A stretch of 64,000 nt of DNA from Bacilli bacterium (GCA_050948885.1 JBMNER010000003.1:15820-79819), one strand, 5' to 3'. Positions 17,328 to 27,841 are shown, counted from the stretch's first letter. Numbers and translations: made by a program. Notes: generated from the sequence alone by a model not told the origin.

Positions 17328-18773
17328 CTAAAATATTTTATAAGTTATATTAATAGGAACATTGTTATAAATATCATCTATAACCTTATTTAAAATTTTT
17401 TTAGTTTCATGTAAAGATTCATATATGTTAATAATACCCGCTTTTTTATTCCATTCATTATCTATTGATAAAAATTGGGTTGGGGATATATCATTCAATT
17501 TAGTCTCTTTATTATAATAATTTTGACAAATGGTTTTACGATTATTTTTTGAAAAATTGGGAAAAGGTATCTCGAGAATATTGTTTAATTTTATTTCCTT
17601 CATTTTAGAACCCATACTTAAATTTGCACATAGTTTTCTATAGTATTTTGAGTTTAACAAACAAGTCATAAATATCAATTCCTCATCAGGATATCCGTCT
17701 ATTCTATAAATCCCTTGATTATGTTGTGCTAATCCAAAGTGTCTGTAATCATAATAATGTGCAATCCCAACATATTCCCCTTTGCCGCCTTTTGATGTTC
17801 TATTAATAATTAACATGCAATTTTTATTTATGTTTTGTTTTTTACAATATATACTATCACCCAGGTTAAATATACCAAAATCATTAATAGATGTTGGTGT
17901 TATCCAATAAAAATCATATTCTTTATTACCCCCTATAATTCTTTGTTTCGGAGTATTTCCGCCATGAATTTTATTTTTAGAAATATAGTAATAACCATTT
18001 GAAAAATTTAATATCTTATGTTCAATTTTCTTGTATTCCTCATTATATATGCCCGTATCTAATCTACTTCTACCTAGTATTTGACTTAACCTTGGAAACT
18101 TAAAAACAAATATATTTGCTTTTTGATTACTATCAATAGTATTTTCTATAAATTTATTTATCTCATTGAATTTTTCTAAAATTATTTTTTCCTTATTAAC
18201 TATTGATAACGTTAAATTTGAAACATATTCAATCACTTTGTCATCATTGGGGAATGGAATTAAACATTTTAAATATGTATTTTTGGCATGCTTTAAAGTC
18301 GATCCTTTTGAAATTAAGGTTATTAATTGTTTTTTGAAATTTTTATGTTTCATCACTGAAAAAACATAATTTTTATGCCTTTTTAGGATTAATTTATTAA
18401 TTCCGCTGCTGAACATATATGTGTCATAATCTTTTCTAAGCATTGCAACATCTCCAACATTAGAATCTTTGCAAATTAAGATGTCTCCTTGACTTAAATT
18501 TTTACTAACAAAAGAGTTTGGGTTAATATTTAAAATAGAATTTTCGTTTTCATCTAATAGATATTTATCGTTAACTATCCCAGAAGTTCTGATAAACTTA
18601 TACACAGATTCTTGCGTATAGTTTCTGCTTCCTATTTCTTCACCTTTAATAATTTTTTCAACTAATAATGAAAGCGGAACAACATTGGTGGTTTCTATGG
18701 GCACCTTATTATAATTATTTGGAGAAAGGCTAAAATTATTATTAATGATATCGGAATATTTAATTATTAACAT
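17328..18773 (-). CDS. Restriction-modification specificity subunit (HsdS-like, two TRDs)
   Basis: GDILICKD, GSTLKH..IPFP and GSKMKEI..IPFP repeated halves; directly downstream of the methylase gene. Confidence 0.75.
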   Translation of the reverse strand: MLIIKYSDIINNNFSLSPNNYNKVPIETTNVVPLSLLVEKIIKGEEIGSRNYTQESVYKFIRTSGIVNDKYLLDENENSILNINPNSFVSKNLSQGDILICKDSNVGDVAMLRKDYDTYMFSSGINKLILKRHKNYVFSVMKHKNFKKQLITLISKGSTLKHAKNTYLKCLIPFPNDDKVIEYVSNLTLSIVNKEKIILEKFNEINKFIENTIDSNQKANIFVFKFPRLSQILGRSRLDTGIYNEEYKKIEHKILNFSNGYYYISKNKIHGGNTPKQRIIGGNKEYDFYWITPTSINDFGIFNLGDSIYCKKQNINKNCMLIINRTSKGGKGEYVGIAHYYDYRHFGLAQHNQGIYRIDGYPDEELIFMTCLLNSKYYRKLCANLSMGSKMKEIKLNNILEIPFPNFSKNNRKTICQNYYNKETKLNDISPTQFLSIDNEWNKKAGIINIYESLHETKKILNKVIDDIYNNVPINITYKIF

Positions 18774-18788
18774 AGCTATCTCTCCTTT

Positions 18789-20945
18789 TTATAAAAATTT
18801 TGATTTCAATTCTTCCTCTTGGGATAGGCACCATTTTTTAAATTCTGCTACAGTTTTAGTAAAATCCTCATCTATAATCGCATTCCCCTCTGAATCAACT
18901 TGATAAGAAAAATCTTTCTTATCAATTAAATAAAGTTTTTCAAAGTATTTTGTTCTCTTTATCGTTTTTACCTCATAACCTACTTTTTCTATGTTTTTAA
19001 CAAATATACTATAGTCCTTTTTTTTGAGTTCATCAATTTGTTTGGCAGACGGTTTATAGGCAATTAATACCGTAGTGTTAACACCGGTGTCAGCAAAAAT
19101 ATTAGCTGGTAAATCAAATATAGCTACAATACGCACTTTTTCAAGTAACCAGTTTCTTGCTTTTTCCCATTTTTTAACTGAAGCTAGAGAATTGGATAAA
19201 ATTATGCCAATTCTACCATTTTCATTTAAAACTCTATACGCATTTTCTAAAAAAATCAGGCCAGGATCAATTGAGTTTGACTCTCTAGCTATATTCCATA
19301 ATTCATACAACTCAAGTATTTCTCTATCTTGAGTAGTAGTAGGCTCATATTTTCTGCCTTCTCCAAACGGTGGATTTGTTAACACGATATCAAATTTTTT
19401 CAATTTTGTCTGGTCATACCAAGTGTCCCAATTTCCGTTTTTATGAATTTTTGGATCTAAATCAACAAGTACACCATTAGAATTAAATTTCCAAAGTAGT
19501 GAACCTTTATCAGGCTTATACTGCAAATTTGAATTTCCATCACCATTTAATAACATATTTAACTGTGCAAGCATTATCATATGTTCATCATTATCAACAC
19601 CATATAAATTCTCATCATTTAATTTCGAGTCAGAATGATTATATGCTAATGCCAAAAAATCAGCAATTCCAACTGTTGGATCAACAATAGTCTCTCCCCT
19701 TTTAGGGTTAATGATATCGACAATAAACTCTATTACAGGTATTGGAGTTACAAATTGTCCTTTATTAGCTTTTGAAAATTCACTCGCAAATTGATAAAAA
19801 ACAAGTTGATATAAATCGGTCTGATCAGATCTTATAAAACTGTAGTCTTGAAATTGTTTTACTATTTCACCGATAATTCTAACATGTTCTTCCTTATTCC
19901 AAGCTATTATTGAATCTTTTAATATATGGTGATACTTTTGAGAAGCCAAATCATACAATGCTTGTAATCTTTTTATGAAGGTTTGAATATCCTCATCGGA
20001 TAATTTAATAAATTCTCGTTCCTTGTCTCGGATAAAAAACAATAAATCAACTTTGCGACTTTCATAATCTTGAATATATAATTCCAAATTTCGCAAGCCA
20101 TCTTCGCTTCTTTTTTCATCGAATATTTTAAGTGCTAGAATTTGAATTAAAATCTCATATCCGCGTTCATTAGTCATTGATTGTGCATCCATAATCTTAA
20201 GAATATTTCCTATACTATCTGACAATTGAGAACTTAGGGCACCAGAAATTATATCAAGGTCCATTACAGTTCTATTGCTTCTATCTATAGGCATATAGTC
20301 ATATTTTTTAAGAAGTTGATCAAATGATGGAATTTTATAATAGGCATCTGGGATATCTAACGACAGTTCTTTTGTCGTGCTTTTTTCACCTTTTCGATTT
20401 AAAGTTTCATCGTATCTTAAAAATTTATCAGCCCTTTTTTGAAATAAATAGAGTTTTCCTGTGTCATACAGCATACCTAAAACATAGTTGTTTTCCGCTT
20501 CTTTCATTCCGGGTTTGAGTTGTTGATTATAAACTATTTCTATATTTTTATTGTTTTCTTTTTTTATTTCAATAACACAAATTAAATTTTCCCTTAACCA
20601 ATCTAATTCATCTTGTTTTTTTGTCTTATGATACTCTGCATAATGACTAAACCATTTATTGCTTTTGAAAATTGCAACATCAAATTTTATGGGTGCCGAA
20701 TTTTTGTTTCCTTTTGGGAAACTAACTTCTGTTCCAATAAACTCTCGGGAATACATTCCAGAATTTATGAGACTATATATTAACTGCCATTTGTAAAATT
20801 CTTCATTAGGTTCGTTTTTATTATTTTTAATTGAACATTGCTTATTTATTTTTAAATTTACTGGCACAATGCTATTAATAACTGGTTGGTTTAAATATTC
20901 CTGATCATATTCAATCTTTACTTCACTAAATTTTCTTATTCCCAT
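18789..20945 (-). CDS. Fused nuclease and N6-adenine methyltransferase (Type IIG/IIB-like RM subunit)
   Basis: N-terminal FDVAIF..IEIKK nuclease-like motif; GQFVTP, DPTVGIADFL (variant motif I), TNPPFG, FADTGVNT. Confidence 0.82.
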   Translation of the reverse strand: MGIRKFSEVKIEYDQEYLNQPVINSIVPVNLKINKQCSIKNNKNEPNEEFYKWQLIYSLINSGMYSREFIGTEVSFPKGNKNSAPIKFDVAIFKSNKWFSHYAEYHKTKKQDELDWLRENLICVIEIKKENNKNIEIVYNQQLKPGMKEAENNYVLGMLYDTGKLYLFQKRADKFLRYDETLNRKGEKSTTKELSLDIPDAYYKIPSFDQLLKKYDYMPIDRSNRTVMDLDIISGALSSQLSDSIGNILKIMDAQSMTNERGYEILIQILALKIFDEKRSEDGLRNLELYIQDYESRKVDLLFFIRDKEREFIKLSDEDIQTFIKRLQALYDLASQKYHHILKDSIIAWNKEEHVRIIGEIVKQFQDYSFIRSDQTDLYQLVFYQFASEFSKANKGQFVTPIPVIEFIVDIINPKRGETIVDPTVGIADFLALAYNHSDSKLNDENLYGVDNDEHMIMLAQLNMLLNGDGNSNLQYKPDKGSLLWKFNSNGVLVDLDPKIHKNGNWDTWYDQTKLKKFDIVLTNPPFGEGRKYEPTTTQDREILELYELWNIARESNSIDPGLIFLENAYRVLNENGRIGIILSNSLASVKKWEKARNWLLEKVRIVAIFDLPANIFADTGVNTTVLIAYKPSAKQIDELKKKDYSIFVKNIEKVGYEVKTIKRTKYFEKLYLIDKKDFSYQVDSEGNAIIDEDFTKTVAEFKKWCLSQEEELKSKFL

Positions 20946-21059
20946 ACTAGTCCACCCACCTCTACTAGTAAAATTATATCATGGCATTAAATATAAAACA
21001 ATAGATTTTCATAATCTTTGCACGGAACTAAAAGAATTCTAAATAAGGTTATAGACAGT

Positions 21060-21265
21060 TAGTGAGAAATGTTGTTTTAGAAACCAAACTATCAAAACCT
21101 AAATTAAAACCATTGCCAAGTCCTGATAAGTTATATATTATGGCTGATGAAAAATGGATTCATACCCAAGGTAATAATAAAAAGGATATCATGATGAAAT
21201 CAATTGTAGTCTTTGATGGAATTAACTTATCTTCCTAAAAAATCCCAAGAACTCTTGACACTAAC
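21060..21265 (+). pseudogene. Transposase remnant (ISLre2/UPF0236-like) with IS end
   Basis: Fragment PDKLYIMADEKWIHTQGNNKKDIMMKSIVVFDGI then abrupt junction to CCCAAGAACTCTTGACACTAAC. Confidence 0.6.
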
Positions 21266-21471
21266 GGATTAGTAAACATTAATAAATACAAGAGAATTTA
21301 TAACGATAGATTAAACCCAAATAGTAAATTTATCTAATATTGGAAAAGCAACTGGTTAAATACTGGATGGTTTAAATTTTTAGACCAATTAAAAAATAGA
21401 ATAATTTTATTCTATTTTCAGTTATTATTTCACTTTCATCCTTGGTTTTAAGTGATTAGATGCCTCATCAA

Positions 21472-23007
21472 CTAGTTTTTTTTTACCATTCCAGTTGACG
21501 TAAGTTCGTAAACAACATCCCTAACTTCCATTATATATTTTCGATCATGCGAAACACTAATTATAGTCCCTTTATAATCTTTTAGCATTTTTCTAATAAC
21601 TGGATTAGATAACGGACTCAAATTTCTAGTTGGTTCGTCAAGAATGAGCACATTACATTTATCTAATATTAACTTTAATATTAATAATTTTGCTTTTTGT
21701 CCACTACTAAGATTACCTATTTTAAAGAGCATTTCATCACTAGTAAATTTCATATTACCCATATATGCCCTTATTTTGCTTTCATCTATAATTTCTAATC
21801 CCTCATATAAATAATCTAGGGCTACCATATCAGTATTTAGAACATCATCATAATTTTGAGGCATATAGCCAACTTTGATATCTTTTCTATTTTTAAGTTC
21901 ATCATAAATCATTTTTAATAAAACAGTCTTACCAATACCATTTTGCCCTACTATTACTATTTTTTCAGGTCCCTTGACTAATAATTTAATATTATGAGTC
22001 AACCTTTTAGGACCTATTTTTAATTCATCCCTTTCTAAATTTAAAATGACTTTATTAGTGGGTATTGTTATATTAGGTTCAAACTCAATATAAATAGCAT
22101 CTTCAATATCTGGTTTAGTTGTTAATTGAGTATTAGCTAACTTTTGTTCCTGGTGAACGATGTTTTTCATTTTTTTATTTAAAGTTCTTCTCACTGCCGA
22201 ATCTTTTATTTTCTCTTGAGCACTTCTAACGGCACTTTTTTGATAACTTAATTCATGTTTTCTTTTTAAATAATCTCTTTGATCATAAATCGCTAATTGC
22301 TCCTGTTTTTTAAGAGCAATCTCGCGTTCATAAATATATTCTTGGTAACTTTTCTTAACTAGAGTATGTCTTGCTTCTTGCTTGCCTTTAATTTGTTCTA
22401 AATGTAAAATCATATTAGCGGTGTTTTCTAATAAAGTTTCATCATGTGAGATAAACATAATTGGCATATTCTGATTATTGATAAAATTTTCTAACCACTC
22501 TAAAGTATATAAATCTAGGTCATTGGTCGGCTCATCTAATAATAAAACATCTGGGTCGTTAATTAAAACTTTCGCTATTTGTAGTTTGATTTTCTCGCCA
22601 CCACTTAATGTTTTAATTTTCTGGTTGGAATCCAATATTTTAGGGTCTAAATTTAAGGCTAATAATATGTTAATTAATCTATGAAAATCGTTATATTTAT
22701 CATAATCTATTTCATTAGTAGGAGTTATTTTTAAAAAATATTCAGAAACTAAAAACTGATTCCAATCACTACTTAATGCTTGTTCTAAAAGGCCAATTTT
22801 TAATTTTTTCTTTAATATGGTTCCTTCTACTTCACAATATGATTTTATATCATTAATATTATTAATAGCTTTAAACAAGGTACTCTTGCCATTGCCTTCC
22901 TCTCCTATTACTGCAAGCTTATCACCTTTATTTAAAATTAAATCTAAACCATTAATGATAGGCCTATTAGGCCTTATTTTAATTGTTAAGTTAGATATTT
23001 CTACCAT
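21472..23007 (-). CDS. ABC-F family ATPase (two NBDs, no TM domains)
   Basis: GEEGNGKST/LSGGEK/DEPTND and GQNGIGKT/LSSGQK/DEPTRN separated by a helical linker. Confidence 0.9.
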   Translation of the reverse strand: MVEISNLTIKIRPNRPIINGLDLILNKGDKLAVIGEEGNGKSTLFKAINNINDIKSYCEVEGTILKKKLKIGLLEQALSSDWNQFLVSEYFLKITPTNEIDYDKYNDFHRLINILLALNLDPKILDSNQKIKTLSGGEKIKLQIAKVLINDPDVLLLDEPTNDLDLYTLEWLENFINNQNMPIMFISHDETLLENTANMILHLEQIKGKQEARHTLVKKSYQEYIYEREIALKKQEQLAIYDQRDYLKRKHELSYQKSAVRSAQEKIKDSAVRRTLNKKMKNIVHQEQKLANTQLTTKPDIEDAIYIEFEPNITIPTNKVILNLERDELKIGPKRLTHNIKLLVKGPEKIVIVGQNGIGKTVLLKMIYDELKNRKDIKVGYMPQNYDDVLNTDMVALDYLYEGLEIIDESKIRAYMGNMKFTSDEMLFKIGNLSSGQKAKLLILKLILDKCNVLILDEPTRNLSPLSNPVIRKMLKDYKGTIISVSHDRKYIMEVRDVVYELTSTGMVKKN

Positions 23008-23023
23008 ATAAATATCACCTCCA

Positions 23024-24322
23024 TTATTTATTGAAATAAATAATTTTAAGTAATTTATTATTAATTTTTTTTAACCATTCTTGGTGGCAATCAATACTAT
23101 TAATATTCTTGTTTTTTAAATAAGCATTAAATCGGCATCCAGTATTACATAATGGTAGAAATTCACATTGCTTTTCTAAACATTGTTCATATAAATCTAA
23201 AAATAAATAATTAGGTAGTTCATAATTATTTGAATCTATTGTATTAACTACAAATTCCTTTCTACCAACCCCACTCAAACATTTATATATATTGCCATCA
23301 GCTGATATTACCATAGCATTATCTAATTTAGCTGTACACATACCATCAAACATAAATAAATCATCCATTGCAAATCCTAAATCGATAGCGATTTTGTAAA
23401 GCTTAGTATATGTATCTTTAATATCGGCATAATCTATTGCGTGCTTTAATACATATTTGTTAGCCTCGCTATCACCAATTGTGTTAGAAATAAATCCAAA
23501 CGATAATATTATTCGATTAATATCGAAGTTTCTTTTAATATATTTTAATAATTCAGGAATATATTTGATATTATTATTATCATAATTAATCCGTAAACTT
23601 ACTTGTTTAATCTTATTGTTTTCAATAGCATACCTGATGTTTTCTACGATTTTGTCAAAAGTCCCCATACCATTTTTGAGTTTCCTTCTATTATCATGAA
23701 TATAAGCAGGGCCATCTAAAGTAACTTGGAAGCGATTCCAGTTATATTTTGCTAATAAATCTATTTTCTCTTTGGTTAGATTATAACCGTTTGATACTAT
23801 TTGGGTATTGTATGATACTTTATATTTTTTAAAAACTTGGTTAATTTTTGGTAATAATTTTATGACGGGTTCCCAATAAACTGTTGGTTCGCCACCGTGA
23901 ATTATTAATGTGGCCCATGACATTTCCTTCTTTTCTAAATAGTTATCAATATAATTAATTGTTTTGTTTAATTTTTCTGTGTCTAAAAAGTAATCCCGTT
24001 CTATTCCACATTGATAACAATATGGGCAAGAAAAATTACAAGCTGTAGTCGGTAAAATATGAATACAAAAATGCTTATTTTCTTGCCATTCCGCTTGCAA
24101 AGCTTTTAAAAACTGTTGTTTTTCATCTATATTTTTATCAATTAAAAATTCTTCTTTTATTAAAACCTTTATATTTTTGTTCAATAAATCCAAATTATCC
24201 AAATTGGAATTTATATACCTATATTCTTTTTGCTCAATAATGACTATAGCACTGTTAAAAGTATTATATAGTAAGATTTGTTTATTTTCCGCAACCCTTA
24301 TTATAAACATTGACCATTTCAT
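23024..24322 (-). CDS. Radical SAM/SPASM peptide-modifying enzyme
   Basis: CNFSCPYC, HGGEP, QVTLDG; SPASM-type C..DGNIYKC..C..CEFLPLCNTGC..C; N-terminal ILLYNTF RRE-like segment. Confidence 0.88.
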   Translation of the reverse strand: MKWSMFIIRVAENKQILLYNTFNSAIVIIEQKEYRYINSNLDNLDLLNKNIKVLIKEEFLIDKNIDEKQQFLKALQAEWQENKHFCIHILPTTACNFSCPYCYQCGIERDYFLDTEKLNKTINYIDNYLEKKEMSWATLIIHGGEPTVYWEPVIKLLPKINQVFKKYKVSYNTQIVSNGYNLTKEKIDLLAKYNWNRFQVTLDGPAYIHDNRRKLKNGMGTFDKIVENIRYAIENNKIKQVSLRINYDNNNIKYIPELLKYIKRNFDINRIILSFGFISNTIGDSEANKYVLKHAIDYADIKDTYTKLYKIAIDLGFAMDDLFMFDGMCTAKLDNAMVISADGNIYKCLSGVGRKEFVVNTIDSNNYELPNYLFLDLYEQCLEKQCEFLPLCNTGCRFNAYLKNKNINSIDCHQEWLKKINNKLLKIIYFNK

Positions 24323-24348
24323 AAAACCACCACTTTAATAAACTTAGT

Positions 24349-24375
24349 GAAAGGGAAGCAAATAACTTCCCTTTC
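24349..24375 (-). other. Perfect 10-bp stem-loop between the small peptide gene and the rSAM gene
   Basis: GAAAGGGAAG, 7-nt loop, CTTCCCTTTC. Confidence 0.75.
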
Positions 24376-24379
24376 GTAT

Positions 24380-24475
24380 TTACCTAGATCTTGCTGGACA
24401 ACAACTATCTTTTGAAAACATGACTGAGCCCCTGATGATGGAATGTGTTTTCCTCGCTTTTCTTATTATTTTCAT
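24380..24475 (-). CDS. Putative RiPP precursor peptide, 31 aa (not in the ORF track)
   Basis: MKIIRKARKTHSIIRGSVMFSKDSCCPARSR*, AGGAGTGG RBS, directly upstream of the rSAM/SPASM gene. Confidence 0.7.
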   Translation of the reverse strand: MKIIRKARKTHSIIRGSVMFSKDSCCPARSR

Positions 24476-24528
24476 TCATTATCCACTCCTTTATCGACTA
24501 CTCTATCATTATATTGATATTAATTCAA

Positions 24529-26280
24529 CTATTTTTTCAAAATAATTTCCTCGTTTAACATATCTATAAATTGATTTACATTTACTATAATAGTTTCTCT
24601 ACTCCCATATTTACGATAACTAATGGTATTATTTTCTTTTTCTTTATCACCTATAATAACAGTATATGGTATCTTATTAACTTGGGAATTTCTTATTTTA
24701 TAGCTTAATTTTTCTTCTAAATCATCCAATTCTACTCTAATATCACTATTAAGTAATAATTCTTTTATCCTATTACCATACTGTAGATGATACTTATTAT
24801 TAACTGGGATAATATTTACTTGCACCGGTGATAACCACAAAGGAAAAGCACCTGCATAATGTTCAATTAATAACACTAAAAATCTTTCATAAGAACCTAA
24901 AATAGCTCTATGAACCATAACCGGATGTTCTTTTCGCCCTTCATTATTTATGTAAGTTAAATCAAACCTTTTAGGAGTCGCAAAATCTAATTGAACGGTG
25001 GGAATTTGAATTTCTCTACCCATAGCATCCTTAAACATAAAATCTAGTTTAGGGCCATAAAGAGCCGCTTCACCTTCACATTTTTTAGCATTCAATTCTA
25101 ATTCTTCTGATATTTCCGCTAACATTTTCTCACATGTATCCCAATCTTTTGAATCACCGATATATTTTTCAGGGGTATTATAATCTCTAACCGATAGTGA
25201 TACCCAATGATTTCCCCATAAACCTAAACTACTATAAAAATCTTTAATAATATTAACCATATTAATAACTTCCTGTTTCACTTGACCAACCGTACAAAAT
25301 GAATGACCATCTTCACAAGTAATGGCATATACCCTACTTAATCCACTCACCGCGCCAGGCATTTCAGCCCGATATTGTTTATCTGACTCCATATATCTAA
25401 TCGGTAAATCTTTATATGATCTTATTTTAGATGCATAAATTTGTGTTTGATGAGGACACTGAACGGGTTTCAAAACCATTTTATGCCCTTTTGGAGATTC
25501 AACCCTAAATAATTCGTCATTAAACTTCTGGGCATGTCCAGAAGCTTCAAATAACTCTATAGTTGCTAATGAGGGGCAACTGACTTTTTGAAAGCCATAA
25601 TGCTTACATATTTTTTCAACTGCTTTTTGTAACTCTTCTTTGATAATTGTTCCTTTAGGAGTGTATAAAGGCAACCCTGGACCGACTAGATCGGAAAAAC
25701 AAAATAAATCTAAGTCCCGTCCCAATTTTCGATGATCTCTTTTTTTGGCTTCATCTAACATGGTTAAATAATTATTTAAATCAGTTTTTTCTTTAAAACA
25801 AATACCGTATATCCTCTGTAACATCTTATTATTAGAATCGCCCTTCCAATAGGCACCGGAAACTTTTGAAAGTTTGAAACATTTTAATTCTTTGGTATTT
25901 TCAACATGAGGTCCGCGACACAAATCAATAAAATCACCCTGCTGATAGATAGTAACGATATCTTCAGCAATATTATTAATTAAATCAAGTTTATATGGGT
26001 CATCTTTAAACATTGCCAAAGCTTCTTGTTTTGATAATTCTTTCTTTTCAAAAACTAAAGCCTCAGTTACTATTTTTTTCATTTCTTGTTCAATCTTAAC
26101 TAAATTATCTTCGGATATTACTTCCTCAGCTAAATCAACATCATAATAAAAACCATCTTCAATTACTGGTCCAACCCAAAATAAGGCTTTTGGATATAAC
26201 CTTTTAATAGCGTGCGCCATTAAATGAGCACACGAATGATTAAGTTTATTTAAAGTCGCGTCCGTTTTAATATTAATCAT
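24529..26280 (-). CDS. thrS: Threonyl-tRNA synthetase (short form lacking the N-terminal TGS domain)
   Basis: HSCAHL, DLCRGPH, RDHRKLG, YGPKLD and HRAILGSYERF motifs. Confidence 0.97.
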   Translation of the reverse strand: MINIKTDATLNKLNHSCAHLMAHAIKRLYPKALFWVGPVIEDGFYYDVDLAEEVISEDNLVKIEQEMKKIVTEALVFEKKELSKQEALAMFKDDPYKLDLINNIAEDIVTIYQQGDFIDLCRGPHVENTKELKCFKLSKVSGAYWKGDSNNKMLQRIYGICFKEKTDLNNYLTMLDEAKKRDHRKLGRDLDLFCFSDLVGPGLPLYTPKGTIIKEELQKAVEKICKHYGFQKVSCPSLATIELFEASGHAQKFNDELFRVESPKGHKMVLKPVQCPHQTQIYASKIRSYKDLPIRYMESDKQYRAEMPGAVSGLSRVYAITCEDGHSFCTVGQVKQEVINMVNIIKDFYSSLGLWGNHWVSLSVRDYNTPEKYIGDSKDWDTCEKMLAEISEELELNAKKCEGEAALYGPKLDFMFKDAMGREIQIPTVQLDFATPKRFDLTYINNEGRKEHPVMVHRAILGSYERFLVLLIEHYAGAFPLWLSPVQVNIIPVNNKYHLQYGNRIKELLLNSDIRVELDDLEEKLSYKIRNSQVNKIPYTVIIGDKEKENNTISYRKYGSRETIIVNVNQFIDMLNEEIILKK

Positions 26281-27038
26281 AATAATTCTCCCTTCACTTT
26301 AAAATTTTCTATTTTAAAACCGCCCGTTTCGGCCTGTACTAAATCATATAATTTAGTTATATTATCATTCATTATCTTTATTGATGCGTTAGTTAGACAG
26401 TTTAAAAAAAGCTTAATATATTCTTGGGAGGGCATCTTCGTTATATTATACCGCTCGCGATAGGTTTTATCAGTATATATTTTTTCCAATTTTAAGATAT
26501 CAACCCTTGGTATTTGGTAATACTCATAATATAATATCATAATATCTCTTAATAAATTATAATAAATAAAATAATAGCTAAATAAGTGGTTATCATGGTT
26601 ATCAAAAAGATAGATATAGGTGCGCCATAAATTATACTTCTTAGTTGATAATTCAACCTTACTAAGAGGCCTTAATTCTTTTGTTAAATAAGTTTCCGCT
26701 CGTTCTTTTAATTCAGCCATTGCGCTACTATTACCAAAAAGAATCCGACCACCCTTAAAAGCATTCGCCCGCGTTATCTCGCCATTATCATAATCACGCT
26801 CCATCATTTTTACAAGCTGGTCTAAGGTATTAATATAATAATCAATTAAATAATTATCAATAACAACAATACCGCGTTCACTTTTAACATCATCACTAGT
26901 TATTAATTGTAAATCAATATCAGAATTAACCTTATAATTATTAACCGCGTAACTACCAATCAACATAGCACCCAAAATATTTTTATTATGACTATATTTT
27001 TTTAAAAACTTTTTAACTGCTTGTTCCCAGCTTGCCAT
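26277..27038 (-). CDS. Nucleotidyltransferase-domain protein
   Basis: GSYA..SDIDL Pol-beta superfamily motif. Confidence 0.75.
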   Translation of the reverse strand: MASWEQAVKKFLKKYSHNKNILGAMLIGSYAVNNYKVNSDIDLQLITSDDVKSERGIVVIDNYLIDYYINTLDQLVKMMERDYDNGEITRANAFKGGRILFGNSSAMAELKERAETYLTKELRPLSKVELSTKKYNLWRTYIYLFDNHDNHLFSYYFIYYNLLRDIMILYYEYYQIPRVDILKLEKIYTDKTYRERYNITKMPSQEYIKLFLNCLTNASIKIMNDNITKLYDLVQAETGGFKIENFKVKGELL

Positions 27039-27085
27039 TTACTTAGCTCCTTTAATATTAAAACTAACATATATTTTATTAATTA

Positions 27086-27841
27086 TTACTTTAAACTTAA
27101 TATTTTCATTCTTTCTTTTTCCACCGTCTTAATATCATCATTAGAAAACAATTCAGTCGTTAATGGTTTTCTAATTCCCATCTTCTTATAATATTGCCAT
27201 AGATATTGAAGCAAAATAAATTGATTAAATAAAGACTCTGATTGTCTGATGGGGGTGGTAAACTTAGCCTTTTGATATTCTTCATTATGGGATAATTTAT
27301 TACCTTTAACATATTCTACCATATTTAAATGTAAAAATTTAGAAAAAACTAAGGAATAACAACACATTAAATAATCAACTACTCGTTCGTTACTAATATT
27401 TGGAAATTGGGTTAATATTTTATTAAACACATAATAAAACCGCGTATCAATCGTTTTATCCCGAAAAGCATAATTTTGCGTTAACATTATTTCCTCACAA
27501 GTAGCATAATAATAATTATAACCGACAGCCGTTCTTTTAATACTTAAGGTTAAGACCTTTCTTAGCCCCGGTTGTAATGAATAAGCCGCAATTGTTTTTC
27601 GACACAAATGAGGCGCCACTTTATTTGTTTTCATTTCTTTTCTTAGGGAACTTATTACATAGCCTTTTTTTAAATACTCTAAACTAATTAAAGATACATG
27701 AATATTTAAACTAGGACGTCCTTCATTATCAACGGTTACTGAAAAACCATCCTCTCGTACTCGCGTATCTGTATTATCAATGGTAAATGGTTTTATTATA
27801 TAATAATTGTTTTGATACTTACAAAAATCCCTCATCCGCAC
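27086..27841 (-). CDS. Degenerate stand-alone RNB (RNase II-like) domain protein
   Basis: FTIDNTDTRVREDGFSV, IHVS, SLQPG and FTTPIRQ..LFNQ echo RNB motifs. Confidence 0.5.
   Translation of the reverse strand: MRMRDFCKYQNNYYIIKPFTIDNTDTRVREDGFSVTVDNEGRPSLNIHVSLISLEYLKKGYVISSLRKEMKTNKVAPHLCRKTIAAYSLQPGLRKVLTLSIKRTAVGYNYYYATCEEIMLTQNYAFRDKTIDTRFYYVFNKILTQFPNISNERVVDYLMCCYSLVFSKFLHLNMVEYVKGNKLSHNEEYQKAKFTTPIRQSESLFNQFILLQYLWQYYKKMGIRKPLTTELFSNDDIKTVEKERMKILSLK

Noticed and set aside
24405-24479. Alternative-frame peptide MNENNKKSEENTFHHQGLSHVFKR as the precursor
   Set aside because: It has no Cys and stops further from the hairpin. The MKII..CC frame fits an rSAM/SPASM substrate better, though the alternative is not strictly excluded.
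26281-26500. T-box leader for thrS
   Set aside because: thrS overlaps the upstream gene stop; no leader space or T-box motif seen.
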